Shown here: positions 7,525-17,165 of the stretch, in pieces
Position numbering within the stretch: the stretch's first letter is position 1
Layout of the letters: each line of letters opens with the position of its first letter
From: an uncultured bacterium
GTDB taxonomy: Bacteria > Patescibacteriota > Minisyncoccia > Moranbacterales > UBA2206
Assembly (NCBI GenBank): GCA_903937035.1
Contig: CAIZXS010000016.1
Span: 1 to 62,308, forward strand
Direction of reading: 5' to 3'
DNA: 62,308 nt
Notes under the pieces: generated by a model
Databases searched by the model: none
What the model was told of the DNA's origin: nothing
The model's input: only the letters and a program-made list of their open reading frames with translations
Program-made: the position numbers and the translations under genes

Positions 7525-10140
7525 ATGGATCTCAATAGATTTACAACAAAAGCACAAGTCGTACTTCAGAATGCGCAAGAGCTAGCGATTATCAGTAATC
7601 AGCAACAAGTTGATGTTTTTCATTTGCTTTTTGCGCTCCTGGATCAGGAGGATTCTATCATTCCCGTGATCATGAAAAAAATGGAACTGGATGAGGAGAA
7701 AATAAAGTATGACATAACAAAGGAAATTGAAAAGTATCCGCATAATCCACCCCAGGGAATAAAGCAGATATTCATCGCTCCAGAGGTTGTCTTGGTTTTG
7801 AATAATGCGGAAATTGAAGCACGAAAAAATGATGACGAATACGTTTCAACAGAGCATCTCTTACTTTCGTTCTTGGCAACGAAAGGCATAATCCGAGATT
7901 TTCTCACGGCGCACGGGATTAGCTATGAAAACATCCTGAAAATCACAAAAGAATTGCGTGGTTCTCAAAAAATAGATTCGCCTGATCCTGAAAATAGATT
8001 GCAAGCGCTAAAGAAATTTACGATAGATCTGACACAACTGGCGAAGGATAATCTGCTCGATCCTGTGATTGGTCGAGATGATGAAATCAGAAGAGTGATG
8101 CAAGTGCTCAGCAGGCGGACAAAAAACAATCCGGTCCTGATTGGAGAAGCGGGGACGGGAAAAACAGCCATTGCGGAAGGGTTAGCGCAAAGAATTGCAG
8201 ATGGCGATGTTCCGGAAACCTTGAAAAATAAATCACTCATGTCTCTAGACCTTGGGTCATTAATTGCTGGCACAAAATTTCGTGGTGAATTTGAGGAAAG
8301 GCTGAAAGCAATAATCAATGAAATTGATCGTGAGTCCGGGAAATACATCCTCTTTATCGATGAACTCCACACTCTGGTTGGTGCTGGCGCAATTGAGGGG
8401 GCGATGGATGCTTCTAATATGCTCAAACCAGCTTTGGCGAGAGGCAAGCTGCGCATGATTGGAGCAACGACCACGAAAGAATATCAAAAATATATCGAAA
8501 AAGATGCGGCCTTCGAAAGGAGATTTCAACCAATTGTTGTGGGCGAGCCATCAATTGAAGATTCGATAGCAATTCTGCGAGGGCTCAAGGAAAAATATGA
8601 GGTTCACCATGGCGTGAAAATTACTGACGCTGCCATTCAAGAGGCAGTAAAACTATCCGATCGTTATATTACCGATCGCTATCTTCCTGATAAAGCAGTG
8701 GATTTGATTGATGAGGCGACAAGCGCACTGCGCATGGAAATTGATTCAATGCCCGCAGAAATTGATTCAACTGAGCGGCTTTTGCGAAGAATGGAGATTG
8801 AAAAGAAGGCGTTAGAAAGAGAGAAAAACCCAGATGCCAAGAAAAAAATTCGAGAGTTGAATCGTAAGTTGGCGGAAATACGAGAACAAGAAGGAAAAGT
8901 TTTATTGCAATGGAAAGCAGAAAAAGAATTAATTACCAATATTCGAAAACATTCCATTGAGATTGACAGACTAAAATCTGCAGCAGAAATTGCGGAACGA
9001 AAAATGGAGCTAGATAGGGTGGCGGAGATTCGTTATGGGAAAATACCTGAATTAGAAAAGAAGGTGCTCTTGGAAAAAAAGAAATTAGATATACTACAAG
9101 ATAAAGGTGCGATTCTTAATGAGGAGGTAACCGAGGAAGACATTGCTAAGGTAGTTTCTCGCTGGACAGGAATCCCTGTTTCAAAAATTATTGAGAATGA
9201 AGCTCAGAAGTTAATTAAGATGGAAGAGGTTATTGGCAAACGAGTTGTGGGGCAATCTGATGCAATTTCTGCTATTGCCAACGCGATTAGGCGTTCACGT
9301 TCCGGCATTGTGGAAGGAAAAAGGCCAATTGGATCATTTATTTTTCTTGGACCAACTGGAGTTGGGAAAACAGAATTAGCTAAGGCTCTGGCAGAGTTTC
9401 TTTTTAATGATGAAAAAGCGATTGTTCGGGTGGATATGGGAGAATATATGGAGTCACATAGTACTTCGAAGTTAATCGGTTCGCCACCTGGCTATGTTGG
9501 CTATGAAGAAGGAGGGCAACTAACTGAAATTGTTCGCCGAAAACCATATTCTGTCATTTTGTTTGATGAGATAGAAAAAGCCAATCAGCAAGTGTTTAAC
9601 ATCCTACTTCAGGTTCTTGACGAAGGACATCTTACTGATGCAAAGGGCAGACGAGTGAATTTCAAAAATACGGTAATTATCATGACTTCCAATCTCGGGT
9701 CAGAGATTATTCATAAGAAAAATCTCGGTTTTCGTGAAGAAAGAGATGATGATGTATTGGCTGAATCTGATATGCGACAACGTGTTTTAGTTGCACTCAA
9801 GGAGAGTTTTAAGCCGGAATTTCTAAATCGGATGGATGAAGTTATTATTTTTCATCCGATTGATTGTAAGATGCTGCGGCAAATTGTTGATTTGCAACTG
9901 GCTCAAATTGAAAAAAGACTAGAGGAGAAAAAGATTAAAATAAGATTGACGCCTTCCGCAAAAGAGTATTTAAGCAAAAAAGGTTATGACACTACTTACG
10001 GCGCGCGACCTCTGAAACGTCTCATTCAGACAGAAATAATGAATGAGTTAGCGCGTATGATTATAGAAAATAAGATCAAGGAGGGGAATAAGATTAAGAT
10101 CGACTCAAAAAACGATAAACTTATCTTTGAAATTGCGTAA
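7525..10140 (+). CDS. clpB: ATP-dependent chaperone ClpB
   Basis: Clp N-domain, two AAA+ modules ([16 protein letters not shown]) and a long middle coiled coil; 871 aa. Confidence 0.95.
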   Translation: MDLNRFTTKAQVVLQNAQELAIISNQQQVDVFHLLFALLDQEDSIIPVIMKKMELDEEKIKYDITKEIEKYPHNPPQGIKQIFIAPEVVLVLNNAEIEARKNDDEYVSTEHLLLSFLATKGIIRDFLTAHGISYENILKITKELRGSQKIDSPDPENRLQALKKFTIDLTQLAKDNLLDPVIGRDDEIRRVMQVLSRRTKNNPVLIGEAGTGKTAIAEGLAQRIADGDVPETLKNKSLMSLDLGSLIAGTKFRGEFEERLKAIINEIDRESGKYILFIDELHTLVGAGAIEGAMDASNMLKPALARGKLRMIGATTTKEYQKYIEKDAAFERRFQPIVVGEPSIEDSIAILRGLKEKYEVHHGVKITDAAIQEAVKLSDRYITDRYLPDKAVDLIDEATSALRMEIDSMPAEIDSTERLLRRMEIEKKALEREKNPDAKKKIRELNRKLAEIREQEGKVLLQWKAEKELITNIRKHSIEIDRLKSAAEIAERKMELDRVAEIRYGKIPELEKKVLLEKKKLDILQDKGAILNEEVTEEDIAKVVSRWTGIPVSKIIENEAQKLIKMEEVIGKRVVGQSDAISAIANAIRRSRSGIVEGKRPIGSFIFLGPTGVGKTELAKALAEFLFNDEKAIVRVDMGEYMESHSTSKLIGSPPGYVGYEEGGQLTEIVRRKPYSVILFDEIEKANQQVFNILLQVLDEGHLTDAKGRRVNFKNTVIIMTSNLGSEIIHKKNLGFREERDDDVLAESDMRQRVLVALKESFKPEFLNRMDEVIIFHPIDCKMLRQIVDLQLAQIEKRLEEKKIKIRLTPSAKEYLSKKGYDTTYGARPLKRLIQTEIMNELARMIIENKIKEGNKIKIDSKNDKLIFEIA

Positions 10141-10145
10141 AATAT

Positions 10146-10895
10146 ATGTTTCTAAAGCTGCGTCCATTTTTCTATAGTCTCGTCTTTTTTCTTGGCTTGG
10201 AATTCATTATTTACATTCGCAACAGCCCAAATCTTGTTTTATTGGCAATTCTCGTGCTTCTGATTTTGTCTTTATGGGAAGGGAGACTAATCGGTGAAAA
10301 ATGGAGATTTTCCATTTTGCCAATATTTTTCACACTCTCTTCTGCCTCTTTGCTGTATCTAATAACCCTTGCCTATGAACAGCAGATTTTCATTGTACTT
10401 GCGTCCGCAATGAACTACTTGGCGCTATTTGGCGCCTATCGCCTCAGGAAATATGAAAAGGATCAAACGGCGAAAGGCATGAACATGGCAGCTTCATCTG
10501 CTACGATTTTCTTCACCTACACCAGTACCTACGGACTATATCTGAATTTTCTTGTCCCACTATATGTCCTAATGTTAGTATATTTTTTTAGCACTCTTTT
10601 GGTAAGCTATCAATATTTTTCTATTATCAAAAACGATGGGAAAAAACTCGTGATGGTTTACAGCTTTCTCCTTGGCCTGGCAATGACGGAGATAGTTTGG
10701 GCGATGAATTTTTGGCCTTTTGGGTATTTGACCACTGGGGTAATTGCGCTTATACTTTACTATATGCTGTGGAGTATCGTTCAGGGCTATTTTTTAAACA
10801 TGTTAAGCCAAAAAAGGGCTATAATGAACGTGCTATTTTTTTCCATTTTGATTTTAATGGTTCTCTTGACTTCAAAGTGGATCCCGGTTATTTAA
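10146..10895 (+). CDS. Polytopic membrane protein, unknown function
   Basis: About 7 hydrophobic helices. I recognise no motif. Confidence 0.6.
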   Translation: MFLKLRPFFYSLVFFLGLEFIIYIRNSPNLVLLAILVLLILSLWEGRLIGEKWRFSILPIFFTLSSASLLYLITLAYEQQIFIVLASAMNYLALFGAYRLRKYEKDQTAKGMNMAASSATIFFTYTSTYGLYLNFLVPLYVLMLVYFFSTLLVSYQYFSIIKNDGKKLVMVYSFLLGLAMTEIVWAMNFWPFGYLTTGVIALILYYMLWSIVQGYFLNMLSQKRAIMNVLFFSILILMVLLTSKWIPVI

Positions 10896-10920
10896 TTGAT
10901 AAAATATATAACTTATATTT

Positions 10921-12084
10921 ATGAGTAAAACTAAGGAAATTTTGATTATTCTTGTGATTATTATAGTAAGTGGATTAAGTGGCATAATCGCTAATCGCTA
11001 TATTTTTCCACGCCTAGCCATGACAAAGTTTTTTGGCAAATATGATTTCATCAAAAAATCGACTGAAAATATTACGGTAATCAATAAGACTGAGCAAGTA
11101 TTCATCAAAGAAGACTCTTCGATAAACAAGATTGTCAGTCAAGTAACCTCGTCAGTGGTAAATATCACATCCTATGCTGCGCCTGAAAAAAACGCTCTAT
11201 CCGGAAAAAATACTAATACCACAACACAACTAGTGATAAAAAGCGGCACCGGATTGATCGTGGCAAGTGACGGCTTGATCGTTACCTACGCCAGCGCAAT
11301 TATTCCGGAAAATGCTAAATATAAAGTAATAGTGAGTGATAAAAATATTTATGATGCAACGCTCATTGAAATTGATTCATATAGTAATTTAGCTTTTCTA
11401 AAGATCAATGCCAGCAATCTTTCCGTTGCTTCTTTTGCAAACTCAGACGAAGCAAAACCTGGAGAAAAAATTATTGCGATTGGAAACGACTTACCAGCAA
11501 GTGCTCCGTTTTTCGCAGCTGGAATATTAAGTAGCTTTAATCCGTCGTATAATTTGTCAGAAAAAACAATTGCTTCATCGGAAAAATTAGAGGGAGTTTT
11601 TGAGATTGATAATTCTCGACAGAATCGTTACCTTGGTGGCCCAGTAGTGGATTACTCGGGTCAAATTATCGGTATTACGGGTTCGGTGCGCAGAGATAAT
11701 GCGGATAGCTTTTTCCAAATTCCTTCTAATAAAGTAAAACTCGTAATAGAGAAGGAGCTGCGGAAGGAATTGAGTATGAATTTATTGCTGGGCATATATT
11801 ATATTTCTATCGATAAGGCATATGCTTTGATTAATAATTTGCCGAGTGAGACGGGAGCGCAAATCTATTCTCCTTCTGGTCAACAGGGACTCTCAGTCAT
11901 TGCCAACTCCCCGGCGGATATTGCCGGACTAAAGATCAATGATATTATTACAGAAGTTTCCGGAGAAAAAATTACAATCGAAAAATCACTGCCAGATCTC
12001 CTCTACAAGCATAAAAAAGGTGAAGAGATTGAGCTTACTATCTTGAGAAATTCACAAGAATTGAAAATAAAGATTCAAATGTAG
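10921..12084 (+). CDS. HtrA-like pseudoprotease (trypsin fold plus PDZ, catalytic triad lost)
   Basis: Collinear with the 6185..7519 HtrA, but VTNKHV becomes [14 protein letters not shown] becomes SNLAFLKI and PGNSGGP becomes NRYLGGP. The PDZ domain is retained (NSPADIAGLKINDII). Confidence 0.75.
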   Translation: MSKTKEILIILVIIIVSGLSGIIANRYIFPRLAMTKFFGKYDFIKKSTENITVINKTEQVFIKEDSSINKIVSQVTSSVVNITSYAAPEKNALSGKNTNTTTQLVIKSGTGLIVASDGLIVTYASAIIPENAKYKVIVSDKNIYDATLIEIDSYSNLAFLKINASNLSVASFANSDEAKPGEKIIAIGNDLPASAPFFAAGILSSFNPSYNLSEKTIASSEKLEGVFEIDNSRQNRYLGGPVVDYSGQIIGITGSVRRDNADSFFQIPSNKVKLVIEKELRKELSMNLLLGIYYISIDKAYALINNLPSETGAQIYSPSGQQGLSVIANSPADIAGLKINDIITEVSGEKITIEKSLPDLLYKHKKGEEIELTILRNSQELKIKIQM

Positions 12085-12096
12085 ACTCCCAAAAGT

Positions 12097-14157
12097 ATGC
12101 AAATTAAAAAACAATACCATGCAATATTATTACTCGTCGCTGTTCTGATCATATATTTCTCCTTTGGACTCACGCATCTGACTAAGTTTGTCTCATTTGA
12201 TGAACATTATTGGCTATATAATTCTGATGATGATCGAATTCACCAATATTGGAATGCGATTTTGAGCGGGGACTGGGAGGATACGCGGATCAATGATAAG
12301 CCAGGCATTACTTTGGCCTACACATCAGGAATTGCGCTGCTTTTTAATAATGAGTCTTCCCGAGGGCATGTTCTCTATACGGACAAAACAGTAAAAATTT
12401 TTGATCCGGAGGTCACTGAAAAGATAAATTTACTTTTTCGTCTACCAATACTGCTAATAACTGGTTTTTTTGCTTTTTTCTTTTTCTGGATCTTGAAAAA
12501 AATTACTGGAAATGAGTGGTTAGCACTTTTGGCAGTCGCCTTGACATACTTATCTCCCGTGATTATTGGAATCTCGCAAATAGTTAATCCAGATTCAATG
12601 TTTTGGCTTTTTTCTTTTGCTTCAATGCTTTCTTATGTTGCATGGCTGAAAATATTTGAAAAAAAATATTTCTGGATGACGCTAGTGTTTTTTGGTCTTT
12701 CGATGGCAAGCAAATATGTTAGCATCATTTTGATTCCATTTTTTCTTTTCATGTCTTCCGCGTTCTACCTCTTTGAGTTCTCTGCTTGGAAAGATGGGCG
12801 GGGGGTCTTGAAGAAAATCGTTTTTCGAAATAGTCTTGCTTATATAGGAATCATTGCCGGCGGTTTTTTGATTTTTGCGCTAATGATGCCGGCCGTCTTT
12901 GTTGAACCTAAATATTTCTATGAAGGAACGATTGGATTTCCGGGAATGGCGCCAATTTTTTGGCTATGCATGCTCGTAAATGCCATTATCGCTGCTGATG
13001 CCTACTTTAACAAAAATCGCATATTGCATTTTGCATTGGAAAAGTTGCAAATTGTTAAAAGAGTCGCGCCCAAGCTGATAGCATTCGCCCTCCTTTCAAG
13101 CATTGCCTTTGTGCTTATCAATTGGATGCTTCGTCATCGATTAATTGATCTTTCGGATGTTTCGTTTGACATGAAGAGGAGACCTGAATTTGGAAATCTA
13201 CCCTACGCCTATCGATTTGTCATGGAAGCTGTGCCACTCGCTTTTGCCTCATTGCCGCTAGTTCTTTTTTCTATGTTGTATTTGTGGTCAAAATCTATTT
13301 TTCAAAAAGTAAGACATGATTATTTAGCATTTATATTTTCAGCTTTTATCGCAATTTTCTATCTCGCTGTGATTAAGGAAGGATTGGTCTTAACAATTCG
13401 CTACAGCATCATCCTATATCCTATTTCCGCCTTGCTTGCAGCAATCGCTCTTGATAATTTTTTCAAAGCGTGGCAGGAAGGAGAAGGGGATGGGCGGAAA
13501 TTTTTGCTTTTTATTGCATTCCTTTTTTCCATCATTTTACTGCTATTTGGAGCGTCTTCATTTGAACAAGCCAAGATAATCAGTGAAGCTAACTTGCGTA
13601 TTTTTTATAATTTCCACAGAATAATTTTCGCCTTGATTGTTATTGTGGTTGTAGCCATATCAACCAGAACTGTTTATGCGCTTATCTCTTGGAAGAAATT
13701 GCGCCAATTGTCATATTTGGGAATTTTCCTTCTTGTGATCAGCTCAAGTTTTGTTAGCATTTGGCTTATAAAACCGTATTATTTTAGCTATAGCAATGAG
13801 CTGCTGCCAAAAAAATATATAATCACGAGTGGCTGGGGCTATGGTGGCTATGAGATAGCAAAGACCATGAACGCCTTACCCAATGCTAAAAATACCACTG
13901 TCTGGGCCGATTCTTATGGATTTTGTGAGTTTTATGTGGGAAAATGCATTCATAAAACAAAGATAAGAACAGATATCTATCCGATTGATTACTTCTATTC
14001 GACATTGCAAAGTCAGTTACGCCCAGAATATATTGGCACTCCTTATCGAGAAGACGGAAAAGCGATAGCTAATATTGAAATTGATGGTCGCTACAAAAAT
14101 TATGTCAGAATATTTAAGGCCAAAAAGGTGATACAAGAAAATAGCGTCAACGAATAA
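12097..14157 (+). CDS. GT-C fold glycosyltransferase, family 39-like (PMT/ArnT-type), paralogue A
   Basis: About 13 TM helices. First-loop acidic motif FDEHYW and RINDKPG. Paralogous to 14907..16736 over the full length. Confidence 0.75.
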   Translation: MQIKKQYHAILLLVAVLIIYFSFGLTHLTKFVSFDEHYWLYNSDDDRIHQYWNAILSGDWEDTRINDKPGITLAYTSGIALLFNNESSRGHVLYTDKTVKIFDPEVTEKINLLFRLPILLITGFFAFFFFWILKKITGNEWLALLAVALTYLSPVIIGISQIVNPDSMFWLFSFASMLSYVAWLKIFEKKYFWMTLVFFGLSMASKYVSIILIPFFLFMSSAFYLFEFSAWKDGRGVLKKIVFRNSLAYIGIIAGGFLIFALMMPAVFVEPKYFYEGTIGFPGMAPIFWLCMLVNAIIAADAYFNKNRILHFALEKLQIVKRVAPKLIAFALLSSIAFVLINWMLRHRLIDLSDVSFDMKRRPEFGNLPYAYRFVMEAVPLAFASLPLVLFSMLYLWSKSIFQKVRHDYLAFIFSAFIAIFYLAVIKEGLVLTIRYSIILYPISALLAAIALDNFFKAWQEGEGDGRKFLLFIAFLFSIILLLFGASSFEQAKIISEANLRIFYNFHRIIFALIVIVVVAISTRTVYALISWKKLRQLSYLGIFLLVISSSFVSIWLIKPYYFSYSNELLPKKYIITSGWGYGGYEIAKTMNALPNAKNTTVWADSYGFCEFYVGKCIHKTKIRTDIYPIDYFYSTLQSQLRPEYIGTPYREDGKAIANIEIDGRYKNYVRIFKAKKVIQENSVNE

Positions 14158-14160
14158 TAT

Positions 14161-14889
14161 ATGAATAGAGAAAGTGATAAAATTATAATTTCCGCAGATG
14201 ACTTCGGCATCAGTCGCTTAGCCAGTGAGAATATCATGAAGCTTGTTAATCAAGGGAAAGTGGATCGAGTAGAAGTCATGATGAGTAAAAACATCACACC
14301 TTCTCAAGTTGAAGCGCTTTTAGCGTCCAATGTCAAAATTGATATTCATTTGCACTTAGTTAAGGATGAATTGGATTATTGGCAAGAACACGCAAGAAAA
14401 ATTGAAGATGGAGCAGTAGTGCGAGGTATTAAGTTTATACTGAAATATACAGTTGGGATTACGAGTGCAAAAAATATTGAGAAAGAATGGCAACGACAAA
14501 TTGAAGAATTTGTGAAAATTTTTGGAAAAGCGCCAGATGGTGCCAGCTCTCATGAACACATTCATTTTTTTCCACCTTATCTAGGGTGCTTACTTGAACT
14601 CTGCAGAAAATTTGAGATAAATTACGTCCGCTTTGGAACAGCGAGCGCAAAGGATTATTCCTCAATTTCAAAAATATTAAATTGGCTGAGAAAAAAGAGT
14701 TTGAAAAAGTTCACCCAGACGGGACTGTGCTCAACAGATTATCTGATTAGCTATGACTGGGTTAATGATTTAAATCTAATTTCAAGACAATACAGTAAGG
14801 ATCTTTCAAAAGAAATTGTTTTTCACCTAGAAAAAGACCATGAATTTAATGTTTTAGCTGATTTTGAAAAACATAGTTTCATTAAATAA
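14161..14889 (+). CDS. ChbG/YdjC-family carbohydrate deacetylase
   Basis: IISADDFGIS N-terminal motif, later HxH/HEHIH metal-site context; 242 aa. Confidence 0.75.
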   Translation: MNRESDKIIISADDFGISRLASENIMKLVNQGKVDRVEVMMSKNITPSQVEALLASNVKIDIHLHLVKDELDYWQEHARKIEDGAVVRGIKFILKYTVGITSAKNIEKEWQRQIEEFVKIFGKAPDGASSHEHIHFFPPYLGCLLELCRKFEINYVRFGTASAKDYSSISKILNWLRKKSLKKFTQTGLCSTDYLISYDWVNDLNLISRQYSKDLSKEIVFHLEKDHEFNVLADFEKHSFIK

Positions 14890-14906
14890 TATCTCATATC
14901 TAGTAT

Positions 14907-16736
14907 ATGCTAAAAAAATTTACTTCAGAAAAGATAAGGAAAGCCAGAGGAGTTATTGCACTATTGTGCATCTCGCTCGGGCTTTATTTTTCTTTCGGTT
15001 TTTATCATATATCAAAATTTGAAACGGCAGATGAGCATTTCTGGATCTATGACGCGACAGCTGGCAGAATCCACGATTATTGGAGCGCCGTAGCCAGAAA
15101 AGATTGGCCCAGTACACGAATCAATGATAAACCTGGCGTAATGCTGGCATACGTCAGTGGAATCGGAATACTTTTTGAGAATAATTTGCAAAATCGTATT
15201 GTCGAGCCGGGCAAATATCTAAGTGCATTTACATCTGCGGAAACTGAAAAAATCAACCTCGCCTTTCGGCTGCCACTCTTGATTTTTAATGGGCTATTTT
15301 CCCTGTTTGTCTTTTGGGCGATAAAGCGTCTCACCGAGAATAGCTGGCTTGCACTAACGACTGTGACTCTGATTTTACTAAACCCGATTATCATTGGGGT
15401 ATCGCAAATCATCAATCCCGATTCGCTTTTGTGGATTTTTTCTTTTTCTTCCCTAATTTCACTCCTAAATTATCTCAAATTTGGGAATAAAAGGGATGCG
15501 GTTTTGTGTTCAATATTATTTGGCTTTGCGCTTTTGAGCAAGTATTCGGCCGTTATCTTCATCCCTTTTTTCTTTATAGTCACCCTGATTCATCTTTCTC
15601 AGAAAGTTAATCAGAGTGAGTTTGCAAGAAATGCCAAAGAAAAAATGCTTGCTTATCCACTGATTCTCTTGGGGGCTTTTTTCTATTTTGCAGTGCTTAT
15701 GCCAGCTGTAATCGTCAACCCCACGTTTTTTTATTACGGAACTATTGGTTTTAAGGGTATGGCGCCAATTTTTTGGTCTGTAATGGCTGCTGATTTGTTA
15801 ATCTATCTTGACGCGTATTTTTTGAGATCAAAATGCTTTTTCTTTTTATCGCAATGGTTCAATAAGCTTTTACCATTCTTAATGAAGCTGGTTTATTTTA
15901 TGCTCTCGGTATTATTTTGTTTAGTTATCGTAAACTGGTCATTAGGGGAAAACTTTTTAGAGATTAAAGGAGTTAACTTTGACGCAGGACGTGACAATCA
16001 ATTCCAACGTCAAGATTTCATTGATAGGCTATTTCTCGAGATCTATCCCTTAGTTTTTTCCCTCACCCCCTTTGTCCTACTATCAGTTGTAGCTCTATGG
16101 ATCAGGGGAATATTTAAAAAATTAAAATACCCTTTGATCATTTTTTCCACGTCTTCTTTTTTGATTGTTTTTTATGCAGCGGTACTAAAGCAGGGCTTAT
16201 TAGCAAATATCCGCTATAGTGTTATGCTCTATCCACTAATTATGTTAATCGCTGCTTTTTCTATTGATGAGTTTCTGCTAGATCGAATGAAGCGCTCGCA
16301 TAAATTTATCACCATTCTAATTGCTATTGGCATAAGTAGTGTAAGTCTTTGGCTCATTAAGCCGTATTATTTTAATTATACTAACGATTTGTTACCAAAA
16401 AATAGAATTATTACGGGCGCATGGGGGTATGGCGGTTATGAAGCAGCTCAAGTTCTAAATGCTCTGCCCAATTCCAAAGAACTGAAAATTTGGACGGACT
16501 ATTGGGGGGTTTGCTATTTTTTTGATGGAACCTGTATCCAAGCGTCTGGCTATAATAGTTACATGGGAAAATCAGAGGAGAATACTATTGACTACTATGT
16601 CATGACCAGAAGAGGTGAGATGGCAAATAATAAAATATGGAGAATACTTCGAAAGGACTTGAAGGGAGATCCTATCTGGAATTTAAATATTGACGATAGG
16701 CCCAAAAATTTTATCCGCATCTATGAGGCAAAATAA
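14907..16736 (+). CDS. GT-C fold glycosyltransferase, family 39-like, paralogue B
   Basis: ADEHFW, RINDKPGVMLAY, and C-terminal WGYGGYE...LNALPN, all shared with paralogue A. Confidence 0.75.
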   Translation: MLKKFTSEKIRKARGVIALLCISLGLYFSFGFYHISKFETADEHFWIYDATAGRIHDYWSAVARKDWPSTRINDKPGVMLAYVSGIGILFENNLQNRIVEPGKYLSAFTSAETEKINLAFRLPLLIFNGLFSLFVFWAIKRLTENSWLALTTVTLILLNPIIIGVSQIINPDSLLWIFSFSSLISLLNYLKFGNKRDAVLCSILFGFALLSKYSAVIFIPFFFIVTLIHLSQKVNQSEFARNAKEKMLAYPLILLGAFFYFAVLMPAVIVNPTFFYYGTIGFKGMAPIFWSVMAADLLIYLDAYFLRSKCFFFLSQWFNKLLPFLMKLVYFMLSVLFCLVIVNWSLGENFLEIKGVNFDAGRDNQFQRQDFIDRLFLEIYPLVFSLTPFVLLSVVALWIRGIFKKLKYPLIIFSTSSFLIVFYAAVLKQGLLANIRYSVMLYPLIMLIAAFSIDEFLLDRMKRSHKFITILIAIGISSVSLWLIKPYYFNYTNDLLPKNRIITGAWGYGGYEAAQVLNALPNSKELKIWTDYWGVCYFFDGTCIQASGYNSYMGKSEENTIDYYVMTRRGEMANNKIWRILRKDLKGDPIWNLNIDDRPKNFIRIYEAK

Positions 16737-16789
16737 AAAAACAACCAGCATGATGCTGATTGCTGACGGAACACCACTATCAGTTTTTC

Positions 16790-17164
16790 TTATTCAAACG
16801 ATTTATAAATCTCTTTTTTGTTATTACTCTCATCCGAAATTTCCAAAATAATTTGCTCTCCCACTCTTGAATCATTACCTGATAGGGGAATAGTGCTCTT
16901 TTGTCCTGCAGGGACAGTAATGTCTGCCTCTCTAAGTGGTAAGTCATTGCCCTTCACTTTCTCTTTCCAGTGAAATTTTCTTGCCTTCCCTGTGTTTTTT
17001 ATCGTGAAGGTCATGTCTTGCGCTTGAGGATTTTCAAAATATACCGTCCACCAACTATTTCTACCAGTCGGATTTATTTGTCTTCGTTCTTCATATCCAA
17101 GAAAAATGAAGCTTACCAATAGGAAGGTCGTAACAGAAAGAATGATGATTTTTTCGTTTCTCAT
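16790..17164 (-). CDS. Small membrane-anchored protein, unknown function
   Basis: ATG at 17164 (MRNEKIIILSV...) lies 1 nt after the stop of the upstream gene, which suggests coupling. One TM helix plus a beta-rich ectodomain. Confidence 0.6.
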   Translation of the reverse strand: MRNEKIIILSVTTFLLVSFIFLGYEERRQINPTGRNSWWTVYFENPQAQDMTFTIKNTGKARKFHWKEKVKGNDLPLREADITVPAGQKSTIPLSGNDSRVGEQIILEISDESNNKKEIYKSFE

Positions 17165-17165
17165 A

